Origin: Acidimicrobiia bacterium
Lineage (GTDB): Bacteria; Acidobacteriota; Vicinamibacteria; Vicinamibacterales; UBA2999
Assembly (NCBI GenBank): GCA_016871255.1
Contig: VFZH01000001.1
Location: forward strand, 8,056-72,055
Reading direction: 5' to 3'
Length of the DNA stretch: 64,000 nt
Below are positions 55,176-63,269 of this stretch, one piece after another. Positions within the stretch are counted from its first letter, which is position 1, and each line of letters opens with the position of its first letter. The translations under genes were made by a program, and so were the position numbers. The notes below the pieces were generated by a model, which made no database searches, had not been told where the DNA came from, and was given only the letters and a program-made list of their open reading frames with translations.

Positions 55176-55847
55176 ATGCGGCCGACGACGAGCGCGGTCC
55201 TCCTGTCCGCCGGCCTCGACAGCGCCGTGCTGGCCGCGCTCGAGGCACGCTCGGCCGTGATCCACCCGATCTACGTGGCCTCCGGCCTGGCGTGGGAGGC
55301 CGCCGAGCGCCGCGCGCTCAAGCGGCTGCTGGCCTCCCCGGTGTACGCCGGCTCGGCGCCGCTGGTCGAGTTGACGCTGCCGGTCGCCGACGTGTATCCC
55401 TCCGATCACTGGGCTCTCGCCGGTGACGCACCGGCGTTCGACACACCGGACGAAGACGTGTACCTCGCGGGGCGCAACGTGCTCCTGCTCGGCAAGGCCG
55501 CGGTCCACTGCGCCCGGCACGGCATCCCACGCCTGGCGCTCGGGTCGCTCGCCGGCAATCCGTTCCCGGACGCCACGGCGCAGTTCTTCTCCGCGATGGC
55601 GCGGGCACTGTCGATCGGCCTGGCTCACGAGATCGAGATCGCCACGCCGCTGGCGACTCTGCACAAGCCCGCCGTGGTCAAGCTGGGCGAAACGCTCCAG
55701 GTGCCGTTCGCCCACACGCTGTCGTGCATGAGCCCGGAGCAGGGGCAGCACTGCGGGCGCTGCAGCAAGTGCCGCGAGCGGCGGGACGCGTTCCGCGAAG
55801 CGAAGGCCGCCGACCCGACCCGCTACGTCTCGCCGCCGCTCCGGTAG
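55176..55847 (+). CDS. queC: 7-cyano-7-deazaguanine synthase
   Basis: ORF 55176..55847(+). LLSAGLDSAV is a PP-loop. The C-terminal Zn motif is CMSPEQGQHCGRCSKCRER. TAGAAT (55162-55167) lies 8 nt upstream of the ATG. Confidence 0.9.
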   Translation: MRPTTSAVLLSAGLDSAVLAALEARSAVIHPIYVASGLAWEAAERRALKRLLASPVYAGSAPLVELTLPVADVYPSDHWALAGDAPAFDTPDEDVYLAGRNVLLLGKAAVHCARHGIPRLALGSLAGNPFPDATAQFFSAMARALSIGLAHEIEIATPLATLHKPAVVKLGETLQVPFAHTLSCMSPEQGQHCGRCSKCRERRDAFREAKAADPTRYVSPPLR

Positions 55848-55895
55848 ACGGCTCGTTGACGGGCCAGCTGAAGCCGGCCCCCACAGCAGAACCGC

Positions 55896-57110
55896 TTAAC
55901 CAGAGGGCCGGCAGTACGCCTCGAGCCCGCCCACGAACGTCCGCACGACCTCGAGCGCGGCGTCCAGCACGACGATGTCCGCGCGCGCGCCGGGTGCGAG
56001 CACACCCATGTCCCCCAGGCCCAGCCGTTCCGCGGGCGTCGTGGCGCATAGCCGGGCCGCCTCCACGACGTCGAGCCCCGCTTCCCGCACCAGCATCCGG
56101 AACGCGCGATCCATCGTCGCCACGCTCCCGGCCAGCGTGCCGTCGTCCAGGTGAGCCGCGCGCGCTCCGGCGGTGATCCGCTGCAGGCCGAGCGTGGCCG
56201 TCGAGCCCTGCGGCAACCCGGACAGGGCGGTCCCGTCGGTGATCGCCATCACCCCGTCGAGCCCTTTCGCCGCCACCACGGCGCGACACAGCGCCGGGTG
56301 CACGTGGTACCCGTCGCAGATCAACTCGGCGGCCACGTCCCGGCGCGCCAGCACGGCGCCCGCCAGCCCCGGGGCGCGATGGTGAACAGGCGGCATGCAG
56401 TTGAACAGGTGCGTCGCGCGGGTTGCGCCCCGATCGAACGCCGCCATCGCCTGCTCGAACGTGGCCCCGGAGTGACCAAGCGACACCCGGATGCCGAGAT
56501 CGACGAGGCCCGCAATCAGTTCGAGGGCCCCTTCGAGCTCCGGTGCGAGCGTCACGATGCCCGCGTCTTCACGGCGGGCGCTGATGACGTCGAGGATCTG
56601 GTCGCCGTCGTAGTACGAGCGGACCGGCCGGTCGCGGACCACGTGCCCGTACGTGAACCCGAACGGAACCTGGCGCAGGCACGCTGCCGGCTGCGCCCCC
56701 CTGAACTCGCCGCTGATGAAGTTGCTCTCGAGGTGCGCCGCCAGCACGAGGGCCGACCCCGGACGAGGGGCCGCGCGCGCCGCCCGCACGCTCTGCAGGG
56801 CGCGATCGAGCCCCTCCGGCTCGCACGCCATGGTGGTGGGACAGAAGGCGGTGACGCCGTACCGCGGCAGGAGCGATGCCATGACCGACACCGCATCGGA
56901 GCCGTCGAGGACGTCGGTGCCCGCCACGCCGTGGACGTGCCCGTCCACGAAGCCCGGCACGACGAGCAGTCCGGACACATCGATCGCCGGAGCCGGAGGG
57001 CCCGCGTCACCCACCGGTTCAATCGCGACGATCCGGCCGGCGCCAAACAGGAGCGAGGCCTCGAGCTGCCGATCGGACAGGACGAGGCGCCCGCCGGCGA
57101 GGCGGATCAC
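55896..57110 (-). CDS. nagA: N-acetylglucosamine-6-phosphate deacetylase family amidohydrolase
   Basis: In frame within ORF 55896..57440(-). GTG 57110 overlaps the upstream stop (GTGA). PGFVDGHVHGVAGTD, HLESNF and THLFNCMPPVHHRAPGLAGA. Confidence 0.85.
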   Translation of the reverse strand: MIRLAGGRLVLSDRQLEASLLFGAGRIVAIEPVGDAGPPAPAIDVSGLLVVPGFVDGHVHGVAGTDVLDGSDAVSVMASLLPRYGVTAFCPTTMACEPEGLDRALQSVRAARAAPRPGSALVLAAHLESNFISGEFRGAQPAACLRQVPFGFTYGHVVRDRPVRSYYDGDQILDVISARREDAGIVTLAPELEGALELIAGLVDLGIRVSLGHSGATFEQAMAAFDRGATRATHLFNCMPPVHHRAPGLAGAVLARRDVAAELICDGYHVHPALCRAVVAAKGLDGVMAITDGTALSGLPQGSTATLGLQRITAGARAAHLDDGTLAGSVATMDRAFRMLVREAGLDVVEAARLCATTPAERLGLGDMGVLAPGARADIVVLDAALEVVRTFVGGLEAYCRPSG

Positions 57111-57559
57111 GCCTCGACCGCCGCACCGATCACGCCGGACCAGTCCGCGTGGACGTGGAGCTTGCGCCCTTCCAACGGCAGCGGCACGACGTCGGAGGCG
57201 GACGTGTCGCCCTGGAACACATCGGAGTGGAGCCGACGCAGCAGCTGGATGAACCCGCGCTCCCCTGGCGCCGCCAGCACCAGCACGCCGCCGCTCCGCT
57301 CGGGCGGGAAGCGCCGGTCGTCCAGGTAGTCCCGGTCCAGCGTGATGAGCGTGCGCCGAAGCTGGCGTGCCAGACGGTAGTGCTCGATGTCGCTGGCGCG
57401 CCGCAGGTCGTCGTGTTCCACGACGAAGAGCGCGTCCCACCCGAGTGCCGTCCGCATGAAGGTCACGAGCCCTGCCGGCACGTTGGCGTCCACGTACACC
57501 CGCGGCTGCTCCGAGAACCGCCCTGCACGCTCGCCGAGCTCGGACGCCAGCGTGCCCAT
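57107..57559 (-). CDS. DUF5615-type PIN-like (Mut7-C-like) domain protein
   Basis: Last 150 codons of ORF 57107..57823(-). ATG 57559 overlaps the upstream stop (ATGA). VYVDANVPAGLV...ASDIEHYRLARQLRRTLITLDRDY...GGVLVL fits the DUF5615 pattern. Confidence 0.65.
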   Translation of the reverse strand: MGTLASELGERAGRFSEQPRVYVDANVPAGLVTFMRTALGWDALFVVEHDDLRRASDIEHYRLARQLRRTLITLDRDYLDDRRFPPERSGGVLVLAAPGERGFIQLLRRLHSDVFQGDTSASDVVPLPLEGRKLHVHADWSGVIGAAVEA

Positions 57560-58701
57560 CACTCGGCCCCGGTCGCTCCGGACGCGGTCGCCTGCTGCAC
57601 GCGTGAGGCCTCCTCCTTCAGGGCGCGCACCAGGTCGGCGCGGCGGTGGACCAGCTCCCTGCGCGGGCGCCGGTTCCGCTCCGACGCGACGACGTACTCG
57701 CAGAACAGCGGGAACGCGATCGTCGAGTCGCAGTACGCCACGACCGTGTCCGGCAGCACCCCGGGGTTGACCTTGCCCCAGCTCACGGCTTCGGCCGGCG
57801 TCGCGCCGGACAGGCCGCCCCACACGACCTGATCCGTCGTGATCTGGATGAAGAAGTCGTTTCCGCCCTTCGGGATGCCGTACACCTCCCAGAGCGTGGG
57901 CTGGCCCTGGAGGTAGAAGTTCTTGGGCGAGCCGCCACCGAGGATGACGCAGCCGTTCTTCCGCCCGGCGAGGATAAACGCGCAGATCTCGTTCACGTCA
58001 CGGTTGGGATCGACCATCAGCCGGCTGTCGTTCATGAGCTCGTGGTACGCCAGGTTCATCCCGATCGAGCTGTCGCCCGGCGACGAGGTGTAGATCGGCA
58101 CGCCGGCCGCCGCGGCCGCCGCCAGCACGGAGTGCTCCTCGCATCCGGGATGCCGTTCCAGCAGGTCGCGGCCCATGCGGTAGTGCAGCTCCGCGGTCGA
58201 GACCGGTTCGTTCAGGCCCGAGCGCACGAGGAAGTCGCGCACGTAGGCGTCGGTCTCCAGCAGCACCTGCGCCGGAAACAGCACGTCGTAGATCCGGATG
58301 ATGCCCTCGTCGTACAACTGCACGTCGTCCACGAACGGCGAGCCGCGGTGGAGGGTGAAGTTGAGGGCGTAGTGCAGGTCGTGGTAGAGGTTCGCGCCCG
58401 TGCTGATCACGAAGTCCACCAGCCCGCGCGACATCAGCTCCACGACGCACCCGCCCAGCCCGGCAGGCGTCAGCGCACCAGCCATTGTGAGCCCGATGGT
58501 CGTGTCGTGCTCCGGATCGAGCATCCTGTCGGTGAAGTTCCGGCAGGCTTCACCCAGGCGTGCCGCGTTGAAGGCCTGGAACCCCTCGTCGATCAGGTGC
58601 CGGACGTCGGCGCTGCCGCGGGGACGGTAGTAGTGGATCGGGCGGCCCGACAGCAGGGGAGGGCGGGACACCCCCGGCGAGCCCGGTGCGCGGTAGGGCA
58701 C
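57559..58701 (-). CDS. deoxyhypusine synthase family protein (bacterial DHS-like)
   Basis: ORF 57559..58701(-), GTG start. TIGLTMAGALTPAG, ISTGANLYHD, ILGGGSPKNF and ITTDQVVWGGLSGATPAEAVSWGK are DHS-like. Confidence 0.8.
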   Translation of the reverse strand: MPYRAPGSPGVSRPPLLSGRPIHYYRPRGSADVRHLIDEGFQAFNAARLGEACRNFTDRMLDPEHDTTIGLTMAGALTPAGLGGCVVELMSRGLVDFVISTGANLYHDLHYALNFTLHRGSPFVDDVQLYDEGIIRIYDVLFPAQVLLETDAYVRDFLVRSGLNEPVSTAELHYRMGRDLLERHPGCEEHSVLAAAAAAGVPIYTSSPGDSSIGMNLAYHELMNDSRLMVDPNRDVNEICAFILAGRKNGCVILGGGSPKNFYLQGQPTLWEVYGIPKGGNDFFIQITTDQVVWGGLSGATPAEAVSWGKVNPGVLPDTVVAYCDSTIAFPLFCEYVVASERNRRPRRELVHRRADLVRALKEEASRVQQATASGATGAE

Positions 58702-58798
58702 GAGTACCTCCGGTCAGGTAGCTTACCGTGAGACCGGTTCGGGCCGCCGGTCCGGCGCTTGCATTCACTTCAGCCCCGGCAGAAGAATCGACACGCAT

Positions 58799-60595
58799 AT
58801 GAACGGTGCGCTCGCCGGCGCGATCGCCGCCGCGGCCTCCTCCGCGCTTTTAGTCGCCCTGCTGTGCTACTTCTACGTGCGCCCGCTCCTGGCTGCGCGC
58901 CGGGAGGCCGAGGCCGCGGCCCAGGCGCACCAGGCCACCGTCGAAGCCCTCGCCCTGGCGATCGACGCCAAGGATCAGAGCAGCGTCAACCACATCCGTC
59001 GCGTCGTGATTTTCGCGACGGGACTGGCCAGGGCGATGGGACTGCCCGCCGCCGAGGTGCGCGCGATCGGGGCGGCGGCCCTGCTGCACGACGTGGGGAA
59101 GCTCGCGGTGCCCGAACACATCCTGTCCAAGCCGGGCCCGCTGACACGCGAGGAGTTCCAGAAGGTCCGCACGCACGCCCGCGCGGGCGCCGAGATCCTC
59201 GGCGAGGTGCCGTTCCCGCAGCCGGTGGCCCCGCTCGTGCTCAGTCACCACGAGCGCTGGGACGGCCGCGGGTATCCGGACGGCCTGCGCGGCAACGGGA
59301 TTCCGGTCGGCGCGCGCATCCTCGCGGTCGTGGACTGCTACGACGTGCTGACGTCGGAGCGTCCGTATCACCGGGCGATGAGCAGCGATGCCGCGCGCCT
59401 GCTGCTGCAGCAGGAGGCGGGCCGCGCGCTCGATCCCGCCATCGTCGATCTGTTCCTGCGGCTGCTGCCCGAGTTCCGGCAGGATGTGGATCGCGCCCTC
59501 GCGGGGTCTGCCGGCGCCGCATCGGCCGAACCGACGGTCTACAGCGACATCGCGCTCGCCCATCGCGAAATCTACGCGCTGTACGAGATCGCCCAGTCGA
59601 TCGGCACGACCCTCGGGGTCTCCGACACGATGTCGCTGATCGCGGCCAAGCTCGTGCCGCTCGTCCCGTTCTCCTCCTGCGCGCTCTTCCTGACCGAACC
59701 GGACGGCGATGCGCTGCGCTGCGTCTTCGCCACCGGCGTCGATGCCGGGCTCCTCGGCGGCCTGACGCTCAGGCCCGGTCAGGGACTGACCGGCTGGGTG
59801 GCGCGCAATCGCCGGCCGCTGGTGAACGCCAGGCCGGCCGCCGACCTGGAAGCCGTGGGTGCCGCCGCCGGTACCGCGCTGCAGTCGGCGCTGGTCTGGC
59901 CGCTCGAACACGGCGACCGCTTCATCGGGACGCTGAACCTTTGTCACGAGCAGCCCGGCTTCTACACCGACGACCACCGCCGCATCTTCGACCGCATCGC
60001 GGAACAGGCCGCCGCGGTCCTGCACAACTCGATCGTCTTCGAGCGGACGCGCGAAGACGCTCTCACCGACCCGCTGACCGGGCTTCCCAACACACGGTTC
60101 CTCCTGATCCACGTGGCCCGCGAGCTGGCGCGGGCGGAGCGCCTCCGCTCGGACGTGGCGATGATCGTGCTCGACCTCGACGACTTCAAGGAGATCAACG
60201 ACACGCACGGCCACCACGTGGGCGACCAGGCGCTGCGGCAGACGGCCACGGTCCTGCGCTCCTCCATCCGCCCGTACGACATCTGCGTCCGCTACGCCGG
60301 CGACGAGTTCATCATCGTGCTCGCCGGCTGCGGGCGCGACGAGGCCGAACGCAAGCGGACCGATCTGCAGCAGGCGGTGAACCGGGCCTCGGTGACGCTG
60401 GAAACAGGGGCGCAGGTGCCGCTGCGGATCAGCGCCGGCGCGTCGGTCTTCCCGCACGACGGCGCCACGCACGAGAGCCTGCTGGCGCGCGCCGACGTCC
60501 GCATGTACCACGACAAGGCGCAGCGCCGCGAAGCCGCGACGAACCGGCAGCGCCCCGGAACACCGGGCACGCCGTCAACCCGCGCGGTGCTGTAG
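58799..60595 (+). CDS. membrane-anchored HD-GYP, GAF and GGDEF (AGDEF variant) c-di-GMP signalling protein
   Basis: ORF 58799..60595(+). N-terminal TM segment. LLHDVGKLAVP and SHHERWDGRGYPDG form the HD-GYP domain. A GAF-like middle follows. DPLTGLPNTR, DLDDFKEINDTHGH and RPYDICVRYAGDEFII form the cyclase domain, with RxxD five residues before AGDEF. Confidence 0.85.
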   Translation: MNGALAGAIAAAASSALLVALLCYFYVRPLLAARREAEAAAQAHQATVEALALAIDAKDQSSVNHIRRVVIFATGLARAMGLPAAEVRAIGAAALLHDVGKLAVPEHILSKPGPLTREEFQKVRTHARAGAEILGEVPFPQPVAPLVLSHHERWDGRGYPDGLRGNGIPVGARILAVVDCYDVLTSERPYHRAMSSDAARLLLQQEAGRALDPAIVDLFLRLLPEFRQDVDRALAGSAGAASAEPTVYSDIALAHREIYALYEIAQSIGTTLGVSDTMSLIAAKLVPLVPFSSCALFLTEPDGDALRCVFATGVDAGLLGGLTLRPGQGLTGWVARNRRPLVNARPAADLEAVGAAAGTALQSALVWPLEHGDRFIGTLNLCHEQPGFYTDDHRRIFDRIAEQAAAVLHNSIVFERTREDALTDPLTGLPNTRFLLIHVARELARAERLRSDVAMIVLDLDDFKEINDTHGHHVGDQALRQTATVLRSSIRPYDICVRYAGDEFIIVLAGCGRDEAERKRTDLQQAVNRASVTLETGAQVPLRISAGASVFPHDGATHESLLARADVRMYHDKAQRREAATNRQRPGTPGTPSTRAVL

Positions 60596-60608
60596 TCTGG
60601 CGCACCGC

Positions 60609-60965
60609 TCATCCCGCGCCTCCGTCCGAATCCACCCAGTCGCCACGCCGGCCGGTCAGGCCCGTCCACGCCACGGCGGCGCCGGTCGCGAGCAGCAACA
60701 ACGCCACGCCGTCGGTCACGCCCGACTCCCACGCGAAGTCGTCGAGCAGCAGCCAGACCGCCGGGATCATCAGCAGCACGCCGACGGCCAGCGCCAGCGG
60801 CCGATTGAGCACGAGGCGCAGCAGGCGGCCGCGCGCGCGTCGCACGGGCATCACGGGCCGCATTATCGCCCGCGATCGGCTGCGATAGACTCCGCGGGTG
60901 TCCCCCCTGCTGACCCTGCCCCTCCTGCGCGTCGAGCCGGTGACGCCACGCGCGCGCCTGCTCAC
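60609..60965 (-). CDS. small hypothetical membrane protein
   Basis: ORF 60609..60965(-). Two hydrophobic segments (LALAVGVLLMIPAVWLLL and VALLLLATGAAVAW). The start is uncertain, and the track start overlaps the divergent gene. Confidence 0.35.
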   Translation of the reverse strand: MSRRARGVTGSTRRRGRVSRGDTRGVYRSRSRAIMRPVMPVRRARGRLLRLVLNRPLALAVGVLLMIPAVWLLLDDFAWESGVTDGVALLLLATGAAVAWTGLTGRRGDWVDSDGGAG

Positions 60966-61611
60966 GCTCGATCTCGGCGGCTCGTCGCTGGCCTATCGCC
61001 CCGGGCAGGCGGTGATGGCCGGCCTGCACGGGCAGGCGGTGCGGCGCCCGTATTCGATTGCGTGCTCGCCCGGTCGGGCCGCGGCCCGTTCCGCACTCGA
61101 GCTGCTGGTGGGCGTGAACGCGTCGGGATCGGCGGGGCCACACCTCACACCCCTGACTCCGGGCGCCGCGATCGACATCGAAGGCCCGATGGGCGCCTTC
61201 ACGCTGCCGGAGCAGGTGGCTACCTCCGACCTGCTGTTCGTGGGCGGCGGCACGGGCATCGCGCCGCTGCGCGCCATGATCGACCATGCGGTCGCCGAAG
61301 GGGCTGCCCGCCGGCTCGTGCTCTTCTACAGCGCCCGGCAGCCCGACGAGTTCGCCTTCATCGACGAACTCCGGGCGCACGAGCACGCCGGGCACCTGGA
61401 ACTGCACCAGACGGTCACGCGGGAGTCGGCCGGATGGCCGGGCCGGACGGGCCGGATCGATCGAGACCAGTTGCGCGCCGCCTTGCGCGAGCCCGAGGGG
61501 ACGCTGTGTTTCGTGTGCGGACCGGCCGCGATGGTGGAGGAAGGTGTGGACGCCCTGGCCCGGCTGGGTGTCCCCGACGACGCGATCCGGACGGAGTGGC
61601 GGCGGCGCTGA
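60898..61611 (+). CDS. ferredoxin-NADP reductase-like FAD/NAD(P)-binding oxidoreductase
   Basis: ORF 60898..61611(+), GTG start. RPYSIAC (RxYS FAD motif), LLFVGGGTGIAPLRAMI and LCFVCGP. Confidence 0.8.
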   Translation: MSPLLTLPLLRVEPVTPRARLLTLDLGGSSLAYRPGQAVMAGLHGQAVRRPYSIACSPGRAAARSALELLVGVNASGSAGPHLTPLTPGAAIDIEGPMGAFTLPEQVATSDLLFVGGGTGIAPLRAMIDHAVAEGAARRLVLFYSARQPDEFAFIDELRAHEHAGHLELHQTVTRESAGWPGRTGRIDRDQLRAALREPEGTLCFVCGPAAMVEEGVDALARLGVPDDAIRTEWRRR

Positions 61612-61627
61612 CCCGGACCGGCTCCGC

Positions 61628-62407
61628 CTACATGCCGACGGCGTGGTAGCCGGCGTCCACCATCAGCACCTCGCCGGTGATCCCGCTGGCAGCCGGGCCG
61701 AGCAGGAACGCGCCGGCCTCCCCGACCTCGCTGGTTTCGATGTTCCGGCGAAGCGGCGCGCGATCGCGGTACACCCCCAGGACGCCCGAGAACCCCGAGA
61801 TCCCCGCAGCGGCCAGCGTCTTCACCGGCCCGGCGGAGATCGCGTTGACCCGGATCCCCCGCGGCCCGAGGTCGGCGGCCAGGTACCGCATCGACGCTTC
61901 GAGTGCGGCCTTGGCCACGCCCATCACGTTGTAGTTCGGGAAGACGCGCTCGCTGCCCAGATAGGTGAGCGTCAGGATGCTGCCACCGCCGCTTCGCTCC
62001 ATCAGCGGGGCAGCCCCGCGAGCGAGTGCGATGAGCGAATAGGCGGAGATGTCGAGCGCCGTGCGGAAGCCGTCCCTGGACGTCTCGGTGAAGGGCGAGG
62101 ACAGCTCCTCGCGCGGCGCGAACGCGGCGCCGTGTACCAGGAAGTCGAGGCCGCCGAACTCCTGATCGATCTTCGCGAAGACGGCGTCGATGTCGGCGTC
62201 CACGGCCACGTCGCACGGGAGCACGAGCGGCTGGTGATCGAGGCTCGCGGCCAGCTCGCCCACGTGTTCCTCGAAGCGTCCCTGGTAGGTGAGCGCCAGC
62301 CGGGCGCCGCGGCTGGCCGTCGCCCGGGCGATCGCCCACGCAATCGATCGTTTGTTGGCCACGCCCACGACGAGGCCGCGCTTGCCGCTGAAATCGGTCA
62401 TGGACAC
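61628..62407 (-). CDS. fabI: enoyl-[acyl-carrier-protein] reductase (NADH)
   Basis: ORF 61628..62407(-). KRGLVVGVANKRSIAWAIA, YNVMGVAKAALE and IRVNAISAGP. Confidence 0.95.
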   Translation of the reverse strand: MSMTDFSGKRGLVVGVANKRSIAWAIARATASRGARLALTYQGRFEEHVGELAASLDHQPLVLPCDVAVDADIDAVFAKIDQEFGGLDFLVHGAAFAPREELSSPFTETSRDGFRTALDISAYSLIALARGAAPLMERSGGGSILTLTYLGSERVFPNYNVMGVAKAALEASMRYLAADLGPRGIRVNAISAGPVKTLAAAGISGFSGVLGVYRDRAPLRRNIETSEVGEAGAFLLGPAASGITGEVLMVDAGYHAVGM

Positions 62408-62458
62408 ATCAACCCGGGGTCGGAGCAGGACGGGCAGGGACGGCCCTCGGGCCGGTCA

Positions 62459-63148
62459 CTAGCGCCGCCGCTTGCGGCGGCCCTGACGCTGATTCCCCGG
62501 CTGGCCCTGTGAGTGGCCGCCTTGTCGTTGATTGCCGAAGCGCGGCAGGCCGCCCGGCTGGCCCTGCGGGCGCCGGCGTCCGCGGCGACGGCCGTCGGTG
62601 TTGCCGTTGGCGTTGCCCGCAGCGTGCTGGCCGCGCTGGTCGCGCTGATCGCGCGGCCCCCGCCCACCCGGCTGCCAGACCGTGAACTCGGTCGGCTTCC
62701 GTTCCGGCAGTTGTCCTTCCGGACGGGGCAACGTGGCGCGTATGAGCCGCCGATGGACGGGGCCTTCGTCCTCGTCACGCGGCGTCTCGCCGTCCGGGGC
62801 GTCGGGGACCGTGTCGTCGCGATCGGCGTCCGCCACCCCGTCGCCGGGCGCGAAGCCATCCGGTGGAGCAGCAACGAGGCTCTCGGGGGACGGCTCGCCT
62901 TCTTCGGAGGCGACGATCCGCCCGGGCGGCGCCTCGACGCCCTCGGCAACGGAGAGCGCCTCCTCGCGCTTCCGCCGTTGCGGGGGCACACGGGCGTGTT
63001 TGTACTCGTGATCGGCGTCGCACGTGGTGCAGCGCGTGTGCTTCACCTCGTCCTCGACCATGGCGACGACCGCGTGATTGGTGATACGCCGCTCTCGTGG
63101 ACAGTAGTCGTCCAGAATGTCACCGAGCCGAAGCCGGCGTTGCTGCAT
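62459..63148 (-). CDS. hypothetical protein: N-terminal Cys/His knuckle, acidic low-complexity middle, Arg/Gly/Gln-rich basic tail
   Basis: In frame within ORF 62459..63259(-). ATG 63148 is preceded by GGGGGAG. The N-terminus reads DDYCPRE...HTRCTTCDADHEY. The tail reads GRRRGRRRPQGQPGGLPRFGNQRQGGHSQGQPGNQRQGRRKRRR. Confidence 0.55.
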   Translation of the reverse strand: MQQRRLRLGDILDDYCPRERRITNHAVVAMVEDEVKHTRCTTCDADHEYKHARVPPQRRKREEALSVAEGVEAPPGRIVASEEGEPSPESLVAAPPDGFAPGDGVADADRDDTVPDAPDGETPRDEDEGPVHRRLIRATLPRPEGQLPERKPTEFTVWQPGGRGPRDQRDQRGQHAAGNANGNTDGRRRGRRRPQGQPGGLPRFGNQRQGGHSQGQPGNQRQGRRKRRR

Positions 63149-63269
63149 GCACTCCCCCGGAATTACGGTCCTTTCTTCCTTACAGGTGGGATGTCGGAAT
63201 CCGGTCGCGCGGCCGCGCGGGCGACTGGAAGTGTAACAGAAAACACCCTGGCGCCGCACCGCGCACGGC

